Source: Candidatus Latescibacterota bacterium
Lineage (GTDB): Bacteria; Latescibacterota; UBA2968
NCBI GenBank assembly: GCA_965204375.1
Contig: OZ241986.1
Span: forward strand, 6,080,001 to 6,144,000
Length of the DNA stretch: 64,000 bases
Direction: 5' to 3'
Shown one piece after another: positions 17,496 to 28,343 of the stretch (positions are counted from its first letter, which is position 1; every line of letters begins with the position of its first letter). The notes under the pieces are model-generated. The model saw only the letters and a program-made list of their open reading frames with translations, searched no databases and was not told the origin of the DNA. The translations under genes and the position numbers were made by a program.

Positions 17496-18299
17496 TCAAC
17501 TTCCGGTGGAGCGATAATGGCGCACACCGATTTTCCATATCTGGAGTGCGACTATGAGAAAGATAATGCAAATCAGGGGCGCGACCCACTGCAAGATGAT
17601 GGGCAATCCCATAGGGTCGCCGCGTTCGAGAATTGCCAGTGATGGTAGATAATTTACACACGCAAGGGGTATGATGTAAGTAAAAAATTTGCGAAACCAG
17701 ATGCGGTAAATAGGTAAAGGGTACTGTGCGGTCTCCACACCGCCGTATGTCATGGTGTTCATGAGTTCGAGGGATTCGGTGGTCCAAAATGCAATGGTGG
17801 CTTGAATTATCATGAGGCCGATAAAGAGGCAAGCGCCTCCAAAGATGGCGGTGAAGACGAGATAGATTTTTGGTACAGACCAGGCGATGTCGAGGGTGTA
17901 GCTGGCCCATGAGAAGACGATCAGGCCCTGGATCAGGCGGCCAATGCGACGGAGGGTGAGTTCATAGCCCGCGAGTTGCAGGGCTGTGCTGCGGGGGCGA
18001 AGGAGGAGGCGGTCGAAGTCGCCGCTTTTGACCATGGTGCCGAACATGTCGAAGCCGCGTGAGGCAGCGTCGGCAAAAGCGAAGGAGATGTTGATGAGAC
18101 CGTAGAGAAAGGCCACTTCGGGGAGTGTCCAGCCCTGGATGTGTTTGAATCGCGCGAAGAGGGAGGCGATGGCGAGAAATTCGATGCCGGTGATGAGGAG
18201 TTGCCCAAATGAGAGCATGATAAATGATGCGCGATATTGCATTTGGCTGCGGATAGATTGACCGAGATAGTGCATGTAGAGGCGAAGGGCATTGGTCAT
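17496..18299 (-). CDS. ABC-2 family permease (DUF990 type)
   Basis: MQYRASF, GDFDRLLLRP, QYPLPIY, Y.STGS end. Confidence 0.88.
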   Translation of the reverse strand: MTNALRLYMHYLGQSIRSQMQYRASFIMLSFGQLLITGIEFLAIASLFARFKHIQGWTLPEVAFLYGLINISFAFADAASRGFDMFGTMVKSGDFDRLLLRPRSTALQLAGYELTLRRIGRLIQGLIVFSWASYTLDIAWSVPKIYLVFTAIFGGACLFIGLMIIQATIAFWTTESLELMNTMTYGGVETAQYPLPIYRIWFRKFFTYIIPLACVNYLPSLAILERGDPMGLPIILQWVAPLICIIFLIVALQIWKIGVRHYRSTGS

Positions 18300-18303
18300 T
18301 GCA

Positions 18304-19134
18304 TTATCCTCCTTGCGCGACGAGGCGGCGAATACCGCGGGTGAGGATGAGGTGCCCAATAGTGATCAGCGCAATCACATAGGCGATTTGAAACGGCAGG
18401 TGATACCAGATTTCTTCTGGCGGGATGTGGCTCAGGTAGAAGCGGAAGGGGATGTCCAGGATGTATCGAAAAGGGAGGATGTTGAGGGTTGCCTGTGCCC
18501 AGTCGGGAAAAAAGAGCAAGGGGAGTATGATGCCGCTGAAGAGCCAGGTCAAACTGCTCAGAAGCAGGCCCAGACCTTCGCCAGATATGGTCCACAAGAG
18601 GGAAATGGTCATGAGATTGGTAATGGCTGCGCTGATGAGGACGGCAAAGAGCATCGATACGAGCCAGGCACATGTAGCCGGGATATTGGGGGGCATTTGC
18701 ATGTTAAAGAAAAGACCGGCCATGATAAACATGGGGAGGGCGCGGAAGACGCCGGGCGCTGTGCGCTGCGCTATGGCGCGGCTGTACCAGAAGAAATACA
18801 GGTTGGTCGGGCGCACGAGTTCATAGACGACGTTGCCCGAACGCACCATTGCGCGTATGTCGGGGTCGGCACCCTGATAGGGGATGAGAACGAGAAATGC
18901 CTGGCCGAGCCATATATAGGTGATGACTTCATCGGCGGTCATGGGTTGGGGTGCCGTTGTCGATCTGTAAAAGGCTTCAAAAATCATGACGCGGATAAGG
19001 CCCCAGAAAAACTGGGTACCGAATCCCGCGAAGGCCGCAGCGCGGTATTGCAAGAGGGTGCGAAATCTGGCGGAGAGGACAGCTATGTAGGATTTGATAG
19101 CCAGCGATGATGTGCGGTTAGCGATTTTCGGCAT
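18304..19134 (-). CDS. ABC-2 family permease (DUF990 type)
   Basis: LQYRAA, VRSGNVVYELVRP, SGIILPL.FFP, terminal QGG; start codon uncertain. Confidence 0.88.
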   Translation of the reverse strand: MPKIANRTSSLAIKSYIAVLSARFRTLLQYRAAAFAGFGTQFFWGLIRVMIFEAFYRSTTAPQPMTADEVITYIWLGQAFLVLIPYQGADPDIRAMVRSGNVVYELVRPTNLYFFWYSRAIAQRTAPGVFRALPMFIMAGLFFNMQMPPNIPATCAWLVSMLFAVLISAAITNLMTISLLWTISGEGLGLLLSSLTWLFSGIILPLLFFPDWAQATLNILPFRYILDIPFRFYLSHIPPEEIWYHLPFQIAYVIALITIGHLILTRGIRRLVAQGG

Positions 19135-20095
19135 AGAGACGCGAGATGATTTCTTCGATGGGGGTGTTTTCGACAAAGAGGTCGCGCACGGGGTGCTGCG
19201 CCGTGATGCGGGCGATCAGGTCTGCCGTGGCAACGCGGTCGGGGTCAAATGTGAGGTGTACGCGGTGTCCGTCGCGCAATACGACAGATGCGTCGGGGTC
19301 GGTGATGTCTTCTGTGCCTTCGAGATCGACGATGAGGCGGCGCTCTGTTGTGACGCGAGCGCGAAGGTTTTCGAGTGGGCCGTCGGATAGTATCTGGCCC
19401 TGTCCTATGACCATTATCCGCGTGCAGAGGGCTTCGATGTCGTCCAGGTCGTGAGTGGTGAGAACGACGGTGACATCGCGCTCCTGGTTGAGGCGTTTGA
19501 TGAAGTCGCGCACGGCGAGTTTAGAGACGACGTCGAGGCCAATAGTCGGTTCGTCTAAGAAGAGGATTGATGGACGGTGTATGAGGGCAGCGGCGAGGTC
19601 ACAGCGCATGCGCTGGCCCAGGCTGAGCTGGCGCACGGGTATGTCGAGTAGTGATTCGAGGTTGAGAATGGCGATCATTTCATCGCGGGTTTGCGCGTAT
19701 TGTTGATGGTTGACGCGATAGATGTCGCGGAGCAGGTCGAAAGATTCGATGACGGGCAGATCCCACCACAACTGCGTGCGTTGTCCAAATACTACGCCGA
19801 TGTGTGCGACGTGGGCGATGCGTTCTTTCCAGGGGATGCGGCCGAGGATTTCACAGCGGCCAGAATCGGGTACGAGGATGCCGGACAAGACTTTGACGGT
19901 GGTGGATTTGCCCGCGCCATTGGGACCGATATAACCGATGAGTTCACCGGGTTCAATTGTGAAGGAGATGCCGGCGAGAGCAGTTATCTGTCGGTAGTTG
20001 CGGTGCACGACGCCGCGTAGCGCACCCCACACACCGGGCTGGCGTTGGGCGATTTGGAAGGTTTTGACGAGGTTTTCGACAATGATGTGGGGCAT
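19118..20095 (-). CDS. ABC transporter ATP-binding protein
   Basis: GPNGAGKST, LSLGQRMR, LDEPTIGLD. Confidence 0.95.
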   Translation of the reverse strand: MPHIIVENLVKTFQIAQRQPGVWGALRGVVHRNYRQITALAGISFTIEPGELIGYIGPNGAGKSTTVKVLSGILVPDSGRCEILGRIPWKERIAHVAHIGVVFGQRTQLWWDLPVIESFDLLRDIYRVNHQQYAQTRDEMIAILNLESLLDIPVRQLSLGQRMRCDLAAALIHRPSILFLDEPTIGLDVVSKLAVRDFIKRLNQERDVTVVLTTHDLDDIEALCTRIMVIGQGQILSDGPLENLRARVTTERRLIVDLEGTEDITDPDASVVLRDGHRVHLTFDPDRVATADLIARITAQHPVRDLFVENTPIEEIISRLYAENR

Positions 20096-20204
20096 GTGAG
20101 ATTTTAAGTTACAGGTGGAATTCTACGTCCTTTATTAGACAGGTATCGCGGCGAGTGTGTTTTGGTTTAGGGAATTTTTTTTTGCTGGACGAATTTGGCC
20201 ATGA

Positions 20205-20252
20205 AAAATAGAGTGCCCGATTCTGTTTGAGAGAATCGGGCACGCGCTTTTT
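20205..20252. terminator. Intrinsic terminator ending the suf operon
   Basis: gtgcccgattct/agaatcgggcac 12-bp stem flanked by A- and T-runs. Confidence 0.75.
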
Positions 20253-20272
20253 TAAAGGTGAAATATAGAGTC

Positions 20273-20857
20273 TTATTGCGTGGTCTGGTAATACGGGTTG
20301 GTGCCTTCGGCGTGGTCTGTGATATCGCGGATATTTGCGATTTCGGGAACGGCTTCTTTGATCATGACTTCCACGCCCTGTTTGAGAGTGACATCGACCA
20401 TCCCACAGCCCTGGCATCCGCCGCCAAATTGGAGAAAGGCCGTGTCTTCTTTTACATTGACCAGTGATACGTGACCGCCGTGTGCGGCAATGCCCGGGTT
20501 GATTTTTTCGTCGATTACCATTTGGATTTTTTCGGCCACGCTGCCTTTGAGGTGTGGAGGAACTTTGTGCGGGTTGTCAATTTTGAAGCCGCGTCCCATC
20601 AGGCCATCGACAAAATCGAGCGTGATGTCCTGGGTATAAGGCACGCTGTTTTCGTCAATGTAAATTTTGAAGCCGTCGTATGGTATCGCGGTGTCGTGGT
20701 CGGTGTCCTGTCCCTCAGCCACAAAAGCGAGGCGGTAATTGGCCTGCAGGGGCGATGTTGCTTCGGCGGTGATGCGCACGCCTGTAATCACCTGTTCTTG
20801 CTCGTTTATCAAGCGGGTGATTTCTGTTTGTGCAACGTCTGTGACGGTGATGTCCAT
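20273..20857 (-). CDS. nfuA: Fe-S biogenesis protein NfuA
   Basis: Degenerate A-type carrier domain plus NifU-C domain GGGCQGC; DITDH.EGTNPYY. Confidence 0.9.
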   Translation of the reverse strand: MDITVTDVAQTEITRLINEQEQVITGVRITAEATSPLQANYRLAFVAEGQDTDHDTAIPYDGFKIYIDENSVPYTQDITLDFVDGLMGRGFKIDNPHKVPPHLKGSVAEKIQMVIDEKINPGIAAHGGHVSLVNVKEDTAFLQFGGGCQGCGMVDVTLKQGVEVMIKEAVPEIANIRDITDHAEGTNPYYQTTQ

Positions 20858-20876
20858 GGAGTTTCTCCTGTGTCGA

Positions 20877-21359
20877 TTACGGCATTGTGACTTGTAAGAG
20901 TTCGTCTGCTTTGTGCGCGAGATGATTTTCGAGCTGGTGTCCATCTCCCATCAGGTCTTGCAATGTAATGCGGTCGAGCATCTGGTCAACCACAAATTGG
21001 ATGGCGTTCCAGAGGGAGCGAATTGAGCAATCGACAGAATGTGTGCAGCATTCTTCATAGCCGGTGTGTTCGTCGCAAAAGCCTTCGTTGAAGAACGGGT
21101 CGCCGAGGGCACCGAGTACATCGGAGATCAGGATTTCACTTGCGGGACGAGCCAATTTATACCCGCCGGCTTGACCTCGCACGCTTTCGACGAGGTCGCC
21201 CAGGCGCAAGAGGCGGACGAGTTTGCCGACATGGGCGGTGGATAATCCTTCGGCGCGGCTGATTTCGGGAATCGAAATGCTACCGCCCGTTTCAGATGCG
21301 CGCTGTGCTACCTGCATGAGACAGCGAAGGCCGTATTCTTCTTGTGTGCTCAATTTCAT
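20877..21359 (-). CDS. Rrf2 family transcriptional regulator (SUF-associated)
   Basis: EEYGLRCL, SVRGQAGGYKLAR, three-Cys region. Confidence 0.9.
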   Translation of the reverse strand: MKLSTQEEYGLRCLMQVAQRASETGGSISIPEISRAEGLSTAHVGKLVRLLRLGDLVESVRGQAGGYKLARPASEILISDVLGALGDPFFNEGFCDEHTGYEECCTHSVDCSIRSLWNAIQFVVDQMLDRITLQDLMGDGHQLENHLAHKADELLQVTMP

Positions 21360-21387
21360 AAAAGAACCTTTTCAGTGAGAGGCACTG

Positions 21388-21825
21388 TCAAAACATGCCC
21401 AATTCGAGTTTGGCCGCTTCTGACATGCGTTCTGGCGTCCAGGGAGGGTCGAATACGAGGTCGAGTTTGACATCGTAAACGCCTTCGGCAGATCGGGCTG
21501 CGGATTCGACCTGTCCGGGCAAAATACCCGCGGCGGGACAGTTGGGGGCTGTGAGTGTCATTTGTACGTAGGTATTGCCATCTTCTTCTACTTTGATCTC
21601 GTAGATGAGGCCCAGTTCGTAAATGTCAACAGGGATTTCTGGATCATATACTGTTTTGAGTGCTTTTACGATTTCTTCTTTTACGGCTTCGGTGTCGATG
21701 GGGCCTTCTGGCGAGGGTTTTTCGGGCGGTGATTCTGGCGCTTCAATATTGTGCATTTCTTCAGTATGGTCAGAATCATCGCTGGATTCAGATGTGTCTT
21801 TGCGGAAGATGTTCAGGAGGCTCAT
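21388..21825 (-). CDS. sufT: DUF59 / SufT Fe-S assembly protein
   Basis: VYDPEIPVDIYELGLIY, MTLTAPNCP, FDPPW. Confidence 0.9.
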   Translation of the reverse strand: MSLLNIFRKDTSESSDDSDHTEEMHNIEAPESPPEKPSPEGPIDTEAVKEEIVKALKTVYDPEIPVDIYELGLIYEIKVEEDGNTYVQMTLTAPNCPAAGILPGQVESAARSAEGVYDVKLDLVFDPPWTPERMSEAAKLELGMF

Positions 21826-21828
21826 GTG

Positions 21829-22281
21829 TTATCTCTCTGTTGTTATGGGCGTTTGGACATTGTCTATGGCTGCCCGAAGCGCATGCCACGATAGAGTCGC
21901 GCATTTGATACGGGTGGGATAGTCGCGCACGCCGGCAAAAACGAATAGTTTGCCCATCTGATCGAGGCCGAGATTGCTGGATGGGTCGGTGAGCATCGCT
22001 TGAAAGTCTTTGAAATAGGTTTCTGTTTCGTCGAGGGTTTTGCCTTTGATGATTTCGGTCATTAAGGAAGCCGATGCTTTGGAAATGGCGCATCCCGAAC
22101 CCTGGAAGCCGATGTCTTTTATGCGGTCGCCCTCGAGTTGGAGATAGATCTGCACTTGATCGCCGCAAAGGGGATTGTAGCCTTCGGCAAAGCGGTCTGC
22201 TGGATCGAGCACGCAAAAATTTCTGGGGTTTTTGTTGTGATCCAGAATGAGTTGCTGGTAGAGTTCGCGTAAATCTGACAT
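21829..22281 (-). CDS. sufU: SUF system NifU-family protein
   Basis: ELYQQLILDH, NPLCGD, GCAISKAS, RIKCATL. Confidence 0.93.
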   Translation of the reverse strand: MSDLRELYQQLILDHNKNPRNFCVLDPADRFAEGYNPLCGDQVQIYLQLEGDRIKDIGFQGSGCAISKASASLMTEIIKGKTLDETETYFKDFQAMLTDPSSNLGLDQMGKLFVFAGVRDYPTRIKCATLSWHALRAAIDNVQTPITTER

Positions 22282-23561
22282 CAGCCAAAAATCTTTCGCA
22301 CGGTGTAAAGACCAGAGACCAGCGCGTCAATGTCTTCACGCGTGTTGTAAAATGCCAGGGAAGCGCGCGTTGCTGCGGATATGTCGTAGTGTTTCATAAT
22401 GGGTTGCGCGCAGTGGTGCCCGGCGCGAACGGCGACACCGGCCTGGTCGAGAATGGTGCCCACATCGTGGGGGTGAATATCGGAGAGGGTAAATGAGAGC
22501 ACGCCTACTTTGCGCTCGGCTGTGCCGATCAGGTTGAGGTCTGGCACGTCGCGCAGTGCGTCGTGTGCGTATTCCAGCAGATTGGTTTCGTATTTTGCCG
22601 CGCCGTCAAAGTCGATGCTGTTGAGGTAATCAATGGCGGCACCCAGGCCAATACTGCCCGCGATATTGGGCGTTCCCGCTTCAAATTTGTTGGGCAAATT
22701 TCCGTACGTAATATTGTCAAAGTCAACGTTCTGGATCATGCTGCCCCCACCCTGATAGGGCGGCATGGTATCGAGATATGTTTCGCAGCCGTACAGGACG
22801 CCAATGCCTGTGGGTGCAAACATTTTGTGTCCCGAAAAGGTGTAGAACTCGCAGCCGAGGGCGCGTACATCCACGCGCTGATGGGGTACGGCCTGTGCGC
22901 CGTCGATATGTACGGGTACGCCGTGTGCGTGCGCGATTTGCACGATTTCCCGCACGGGATTGACTGTGCCGAGCACATTGGAGATGTGTACGATGGAGAC
23001 GAGTTTTGTGCGCGGGGAGAGAAGGGTTTGATATGTGTCCATGCAGAGTTCGCCCCGGTCGTTCATGGGGATGATGCGTAGTTTGGCTCCCTTTTCCCGA
23101 CAGAGCATCCACCAGGGGACGATGTTGGAATGGTGCTCCATTTCGGTGATGATGATTTCATCACCTTCGCGGATTTGCTCGCGTCCAAAGGTTTGTGCAA
23201 TGAGATTGATGCCTTCGGTGGTTCCGCGTACAAAGATGATTTCTCTGTCTGAGGCCGCGTTGATAAAGGTCGCCACCTTTCTTCTGGCGGCTTCGTAAGC
23301 ATCGGTCGCTATTTGCGAGAGGTGGTGTACGCCTCTGTGTACATTGGCATTCTGGTCGGTGTAATAATGCGAGAGGGCATCGATGACCGCACGGGGTTTT
23401 TGCGCTGTGGCGCCATTGTCGAGGTACACGAGCGGTTTACCCTGGACTTGTTGGCCCAAAATGGGGAAGTCCGCGCGAATGCGGCGCACGTCAAAGGGCT
23501 GTGCCGGACGCGCGGCTGGCTCGGGCGGTTGGAGTGTTAAGATGTCCAGAGGCGAATTCAT
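22281..23561 (-). CDS. sufS: Cysteine desulfurase SufS
   Basis: YLDNGAT, SGHKM, EAGTP, RAGHHCA. Confidence 0.96.
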   Translation of the reverse strand: MNSPLDILTLQPPEPAARPAQPFDVRRIRADFPILGQQVQGKPLVYLDNGATAQKPRAVIDALSHYYTDQNANVHRGVHHLSQIATDAYEAARRKVATFINAASDREIIFVRGTTEGINLIAQTFGREQIREGDEIIITEMEHHSNIVPWWMLCREKGAKLRIIPMNDRGELCMDTYQTLLSPRTKLVSIVHISNVLGTVNPVREIVQIAHAHGVPVHIDGAQAVPHQRVDVRALGCEFYTFSGHKMFAPTGIGVLYGCETYLDTMPPYQGGGSMIQNVDFDNITYGNLPNKFEAGTPNIAGSIGLGAAIDYLNSIDFDGAAKYETNLLEYAHDALRDVPDLNLIGTAERKVGVLSFTLSDIHPHDVGTILDQAGVAVRAGHHCAQPIMKHYDISAATRASLAFYNTREDIDALVSGLYTVRKIFG

Positions 23562-24883
23562 GTCGTGTCCTTTGCGTCGATGTGTTCGAGGCGGGTGTCG
23601 ATTAAGTCGCTCAGGTGCGACCGCACGGGGGCAAGGGTCACGCGCCCGATAATGTCATCGGCAAAAGCGCGGAGTAAAATGTGCTTTGCCTCGGTTTTGG
23701 GAATGCCGCGCGCTTGCAGGTAAAAGAGCGCGTTTTCGTCGAGTTGGCCTATTGTTGCGCCATGCGAACACTTAACTTCATCGGCGTAGATTTCGAGTTG
23801 GGGTTTGGTGTTGACGCGCGCATTGTCCGAAAGCAGTATATTTTCGTTTTGCTGGTAGGCATCGGTGTGTTGCGCTTTTTGATGGACGTGAATTTTTCCC
23901 CGGAAAATCGCACGAGAAGATCCTCCCAAAATCCCTTTGTAGAGTTCGTGGCTGGGACAATGGGGTTCGGCGTGTTCAAGCAGGGTGTAGTTATCGACGT
24001 GTTGGGATCCTTCGAGGGCATAAAATCCATTGACAGTGGCTTCACTACCTTCGCCGCGCATGTACGCGCTTACGTCATTGCGGACAAATGCTCCGCCGAG
24101 GGTAAAATCGTGAAAGGTCATCCTGCTGCTGCGCCCGAGTTGTGCCTGAAAATTGGCGACGTGCAAACCCGCTGTTCCCTGTAATTCGAGGCGGATACAA
24201 TTCACGCTTGCGTTGTCGCGGGCGATGATTTCTGTGACTGCATTGGTAAAATAAGTCTCTGTGCCCGTTCCCGCATAGGTTTCGACAAGCGAAAGTTGGC
24301 TGTTTTCATCCGCGATGATCAGGTTGCGCGGGTGAGATATTGTGGGGATTTCTGACGCTGTTGTGATAAAGAGGATATGAACGGGGGCTTCGACTGTGAT
24401 ATTGCGCTGAACATGGATGAATACGCCATCGCGCATGAATGCCGTGTTGAGGGCGGTGAAGGCCAAATTTTTGGTTTGTGCGAGTTTTCCCAAGTGCGCT
24501 TTGACGAGTGGATGGTCGTAAACATCGGCGAGGTTGGCGATGGTTATGCCTTCTGGTATGTCAGATGCGTGTTCTGGCGCGTAATACCCGTTGACGAATA
24601 CGAGGCGGATGGCCTGCAGGTCGGGATAGATGAAGGGTTCCAGTTCTGCGTCTGCAAGGGCGGTAGGAATTGCAGGCTCAAAATCGGTTCTGATGAGCGC
24701 TGAGGGATTCACGCTTTTCCAGGCTTCATCCGCCGTGGTGGGATATCCCAGGCGGTCAAAGTCGGCAATTGCCTGTTGACGCAATGCCCGCAGCGGCTGA
24801 CCATTGAGGCTGGATTCAAACTTTTGAATCCAGGATGTGTGATTAGACGCTGTGTGTCGCGTGTTCTTCTTTGATCCAGTCAT
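23558..24883 (-). CDS. sufD: Fe-S cluster assembly protein SufD
   Basis: [34 protein letters not shown]; start chosen at ATG 24883, uncertain. Confidence 0.92.
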   Translation of the reverse strand: MTGSKKNTRHTASNHTSWIQKFESSLNGQPLRALRQQAIADFDRLGYPTTADEAWKSVNPSALIRTDFEPAIPTALADAELEPFIYPDLQAIRLVFVNGYYAPEHASDIPEGITIANLADVYDHPLVKAHLGKLAQTKNLAFTALNTAFMRDGVFIHVQRNITVEAPVHILFITTASEIPTISHPRNLIIADENSQLSLVETYAGTGTETYFTNAVTEIIARDNASVNCIRLELQGTAGLHVANFQAQLGRSSRMTFHDFTLGGAFVRNDVSAYMRGEGSEATVNGFYALEGSQHVDNYTLLEHAEPHCPSHELYKGILGGSSRAIFRGKIHVHQKAQHTDAYQQNENILLSDNARVNTKPQLEIYADEVKCSHGATIGQLDENALFYLQARGIPKTEAKHILLRAFADDIIGRVTLAPVRSHLSDLIDTRLEHIDAKDTT

Positions 24884-25604
24884 AGCCTTTTTCTTCCAAT
24901 TCCAGGGCGAGTGTTTTGTCGCCCGATTGCACGATGCGTCCGTCGAGCATAACGTGGACCACGTCGGGCACGATATTGTTGAGCAAGCGCTGATAGTGCG
25001 TGACCACAATGGTCGCTTTGTCCGCGCTGTGGAGTGTATTGACGCCGTTGGCTACAACGCGCAGGGCGTCGATATCGAGTCCAGAATCGGTTTCGTCGAG
25101 TATGGCGAGGCGGGGTTCTAAAACGGCCATTTGCAGAATTTCATGGCGTTTTTTTTCGCCGCCAGAAAAGCCTTCGTTGACCGAACGTTTGAGGAATTTT
25201 TCGTCCATTTCGACCAGTTTGAGTTTGTCGCGAATTAGCGCGAGGAAGTCTATGGCATCGACTTCTTCTTCGTCTCTGGCCGTTCGAAGGGCGTTGAGTG
25301 CTGTGCGCAAGAAGTACGCGCTGTTGACTCCGGGTATTTCTACCGGGTACTGAAAGGCGAGAAAGACGCCCTGTACTGCGCGTTCATCCGGGTCCATATC
25401 GAGAAGGTCCTGGCCTTCGTAGATGACTTCGCCTTCTGTAACGCTATAGGCTTCGTGACCCGCGAGTACCTGGGCCAATGTGCTTTTGCCCGACCCGTTG
25501 GGTCCCATAATGGCGTGGATTTCTCCAGTGTTGACCGTGAGGTCGATGCCGTGAAGAATTTCCGCGCCTTCCACACCTGCGTGCAGATTCCGAATTTCGA
25601 GCAT
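24843..25604 (-). CDS. sufC: Fe-S cluster assembly ATPase SufC
   Basis: [26 protein letters not shown]. Confidence 0.96.
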   Translation of the reverse strand: MLEIRNLHAGVEGAEILHGIDLTVNTGEIHAIMGPNGSGKSTLAQVLAGHEAYSVTEGEVIYEGQDLLDMDPDERAVQGVFLAFQYPVEIPGVNSAYFLRTALNALRTARDEEEVDAIDFLALIRDKLKLVEMDEKFLKRSVNEGFSGGEKKRHEILQMAVLEPRLAILDETDSGLDIDALRVVANGVNTLHSADKATIVVTHYQRLLNNIVPDVVHVMLDGRIVQSGDKTLALELEEKGYDWIKEEHATHSV

Positions 25605-25622
25605 ATTCTTTTATTCCTTGAG

Positions 25623-25910
25623 TTAGGGTGAGCTTATCAGCCTCATGTATTCGTCGTGTTTTCCAATCCAAAACCAGACCAAAATGCCCTCATCTTCAAA
25701 TGCCAGCGTCCGATATTGCGTGCCAACTCTTGCTGACCAGTACGCGCCGACCTTCTTCAGATGCAGAGACGGATGTTTGGAATCTTGTTTCAGCAGTTCA
25801 AAATTTTTATCTGCGAGTTGTTGTATCTTGCGCGGGAGGTTTTGATAACACACCCAAAAATCAGGGGTCGCTTTATAGATCGGTACACCTGCCTGTCCGA
25901 AAATCCTCAC
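25623..25910 (-). CDS. RelE/ParE-like toxin
   Basis: FW.CY..LP..IQ.LADKNFELLK....HPSLHLKK...WSARVG..YR....WFWIG.HDEY; start uncertain. Confidence 0.75.
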   Translation of the reverse strand: MRIFGQAGVPIYKATPDFWVCYQNLPRKIQQLADKNFELLKQDSKHPSLHLKKVGAYWSARVGTQYRTLAFEDEGILVWFWIGKHDEYMRLISSP

Positions 25911-26175
25911 GGGCTTTTTTGCCGAGATGATCGAGCTTTCCCGCTTTCACATCTTCCTCAAATTGTTTATCCCAAGCATCTGCATTGGCTTCCAAAATTT
26001 CGTGAAGCTCAATTTCCAAAGTGTCCAGCAATGCTTTTTTTGTTCTTTTTTGGCAATTTACTTCGGGGATTTCTCGTATCCTTCCAATCCACCCTTCGCC
26101 ATTTTTTTCAATTTGGGCAGTATAGGTTTCTACACCATCCCGTTCTTGGATTTTGGCTGTGTAAATCCTCGCCAT
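25873..26175 (-). CDS. Antitoxin-like protein (HicB-like N-terminus)
   Basis: YTA.I...GEGWIG.I.EIPEVNCQ (HicB-like) followed by WDKQFEEDVKAGKLD; overlaps the toxin. Confidence 0.65.
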   Translation of the reverse strand: MARIYTAKIQERDGVETYTAQIEKNGEGWIGRIREIPEVNCQKRTKKALLDTLEIELHEILEANADAWDKQFEEDVKAGKLDHLGKKAREDFRTGRCTDL

Positions 26176-26193
26176 GCGTATCTCCTTAGCTAA

Positions 26194-27663
26194 CTACCCG
26201 ACGCTGCCTTCGAGGCTGATGCCGAGCAACTTCTGGGCTTCGACTGCAAATTCCATTGGCAATTCTGCGAGGACTTCTTTGCAGAAACCGTTGACGATCA
26301 TTGAAACGGCGTCTTCTGTGGAGATGCCGCGCTGGTTGCAATAGAAGATCTGGTCTTCGCCAATTTTGGATGTGGTGGCTTCGTGCTCGACCTGCGCGGA
26401 TGGGTTGCGTACGTCGATGTAGGGAAAGGTGTGTGCGCCGCACTGGTCGCCGATGAGCATGGAGTCGCATTGGGTAAAGTTTCTGGCGTTGTGCGCGCCT
26501 TTGAGCACTTGTACGGCACCGCGATAGGTGTTTTGTCCGCGAAGGGCGGATATGCCTTTGGAGATGACGGTGCTTCGGGTGTTTTTCCCAATGTGGATCA
26601 TTTTGGTGCCGGTGTCCGCCTGCTGTTTGAGGGAGGTGACGGCGACAGAGTAAAATTCGCCGACTGAGTTGTCCCCCTGAAGAATGCAACTCGGATATTT
26701 CCAGGTGATGGCCGATCCGGTTTCGACCTGTGTCCAGGAGATTTTGGAATTTGCGCCCCGGCAGGCGCCGCGTTTGGTGACAAAGTTGTAGATGCCTCCC
26801 TTGCCGTCTATGTCGCCGGGGTACCAGTTCTGGACGGTGGAGTATTTGATCTGTGCATTGTCGAGTGCGACGAGTTCGACCACGGCTGCGTGAAGCTGGT
26901 TTTCATCGCGCATTGGCGCCGTACAGCCTTCCAGGTATGATACATAAGCACCTTCTTCGGCAATGACGAGCGTGCGCTCAAACTGCCCGGTGTTGGCGGC
27001 GTTGATGCGGAAATAAGTCGATAACTCCATGGGGCAGCGCACGCCTTTGGGGATATAGCAAAAGGACCCATCGCTAAAGACAGCCGAGTTGAGGGCGGCA
27101 AAATAATTGTCGGTGTGCGGGACGACAGAACCGAGATATTGGCGCACGAGATCGGGATGATCTTGTACGGCTTCTGAAAAAGAGCAAAAGATAACGTCCG
27201 CTTCGGCGAGTGTTTCCTTAAAGGTGGTGGCGACAGAGACGCTGTCAAAGACTGCATCGACAGCCACACCGGCGAGCATTTTTTGCTCTTCGAGAGGGAT
27301 GCCGAGTTTTTCATAGGTGGCGAGCAGTTCGGGATCGACTTCGTCCAGGCTTGCGGGACCATCGCCTGCGTTTTTTGGCGCTGCGTAATACACGATGCTT
27401 TGATAGTCGATATCGGGGTAGGTGACCATGGCCCACTGTTCGCTTTTTTTGCGTTTGAGCGGGTCTGTCATGGTCAGCCAGTGGCGATAGGCTTTTAAGC
27501 GCCATTCGAGCAGCCAGTCGGGTTCATTTTTTTTCTCAGAAATAAATCGAATAATGTCTTCATTCAGACCTGGGGGCGCAGATTCCTGCTCGATATCTGT
27601 CACCCATCCAAATTTGTAATCACTCGTTGCGAGCGTTTCAAGTTCCTGGGCCTGTGAACTCAT
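26194..27663 (-). CDS. sufB: Fe-S cluster assembly protein SufB
   Basis: [36 protein letters not shown]. Confidence 0.97.
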   Translation of the reverse strand: MSSQAQELETLATSDYKFGWVTDIEQESAPPGLNEDIIRFISEKKNEPDWLLEWRLKAYRHWLTMTDPLKRKKSEQWAMVTYPDIDYQSIVYYAAPKNAGDGPASLDEVDPELLATYEKLGIPLEEQKMLAGVAVDAVFDSVSVATTFKETLAEADVIFCSFSEAVQDHPDLVRQYLGSVVPHTDNYFAALNSAVFSDGSFCYIPKGVRCPMELSTYFRINAANTGQFERTLVIAEEGAYVSYLEGCTAPMRDENQLHAAVVELVALDNAQIKYSTVQNWYPGDIDGKGGIYNFVTKRGACRGANSKISWTQVETGSAITWKYPSCILQGDNSVGEFYSVAVTSLKQQADTGTKMIHIGKNTRSTVISKGISALRGQNTYRGAVQVLKGAHNARNFTQCDSMLIGDQCGAHTFPYIDVRNPSAQVEHEATTSKIGEDQIFYCNQRGISTEDAVSMIVNGFCKEVLAELPMEFAVEAQKLLGISLEGSVG

Positions 27664-27708
27664 TGTAGAACTCCTTTTGAGGTCTAAAAAGTAAGCCGTA
27701 CAATGGCA

Positions 27709-27737
27709 AACTTACCTAAAGCATACAAAAATGTCAA
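27709..27737 (-). promoter_or_regulatory. Sigma70 promoter of the suf operon
   Basis: TTGACA-17 nt-TAAGTT about 45 nt upstream of sufB. Confidence 0.55.
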
Positions 27738-27885
27738 GATTAAAAATAAAAAAAGTTAAAAAAATAATTTGTTGTAAAGTAATATATTAGATGTCATACA
27801 AGATCGGTGTTAGTTTGGGGAGTATGCCGTGCCTCTCACGAGATAAACACATGCAGGGTGAGTGAAAAATAGAACGTTGAATTCA

Positions 27886-28308
27886 CTATCCCCAGGCCTT
27901 GCCGCTGGCGCGCCTGCGACGCTTGCTGCCGGGCAGATCTTTTTTGGCAACGGCAAAGCCGAGTAGCCCTTTTTGTCCGAGCTTTTTGAGATAGGCGAGC
28001 AGGGATATTTCGGCTTCTTTTACATTGAGCTGGTGGGTTTTGCTCAGGCGTCTGATGATGGCTTCGACGGTTGTGCGCCCGTCGCACATATCCCAGACCT
28101 GTGCGCCTATTTCGTCGAGTACCAGTGTTTTTTGTTGGGGAATCCAAAAAATTTTAGATAGCGTGCGCACTTTCCACGAATCGCCGCGGGTGAGGGTGAC
28201 GTGGATCTCGCCATCGTCGTTTTTTTCCCATTCGACCTGGTTGTTGCGAACGGGCTTGGATTTGAACATGGCTTCGCGGCCAATTTTGGGTTGTTTTTTG
28301 AATAGCAT
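27886..28308 (-). CDS. PqqD / RiPP-recognition-element family protein
   Basis: LDEIGAQVWDMCDGRTTVEAII...YLKKL..KGLL pattern. Confidence 0.8.
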   Translation of the reverse strand: MLFKKQPKIGREAMFKSKPVRNNQVEWEKNDDGEIHVTLTRGDSWKVRTLSKIFWIPQQKTLVLDEIGAQVWDMCDGRTTVEAIIRRLSKTHQLNVKEAEISLLAYLKKLGQKGLLGFAVAKKDLPGSKRRRRASGKAWG

Positions 28309-28343
28309 GACAGGACTCCGCGAATAGACAGAACAATATTCTG

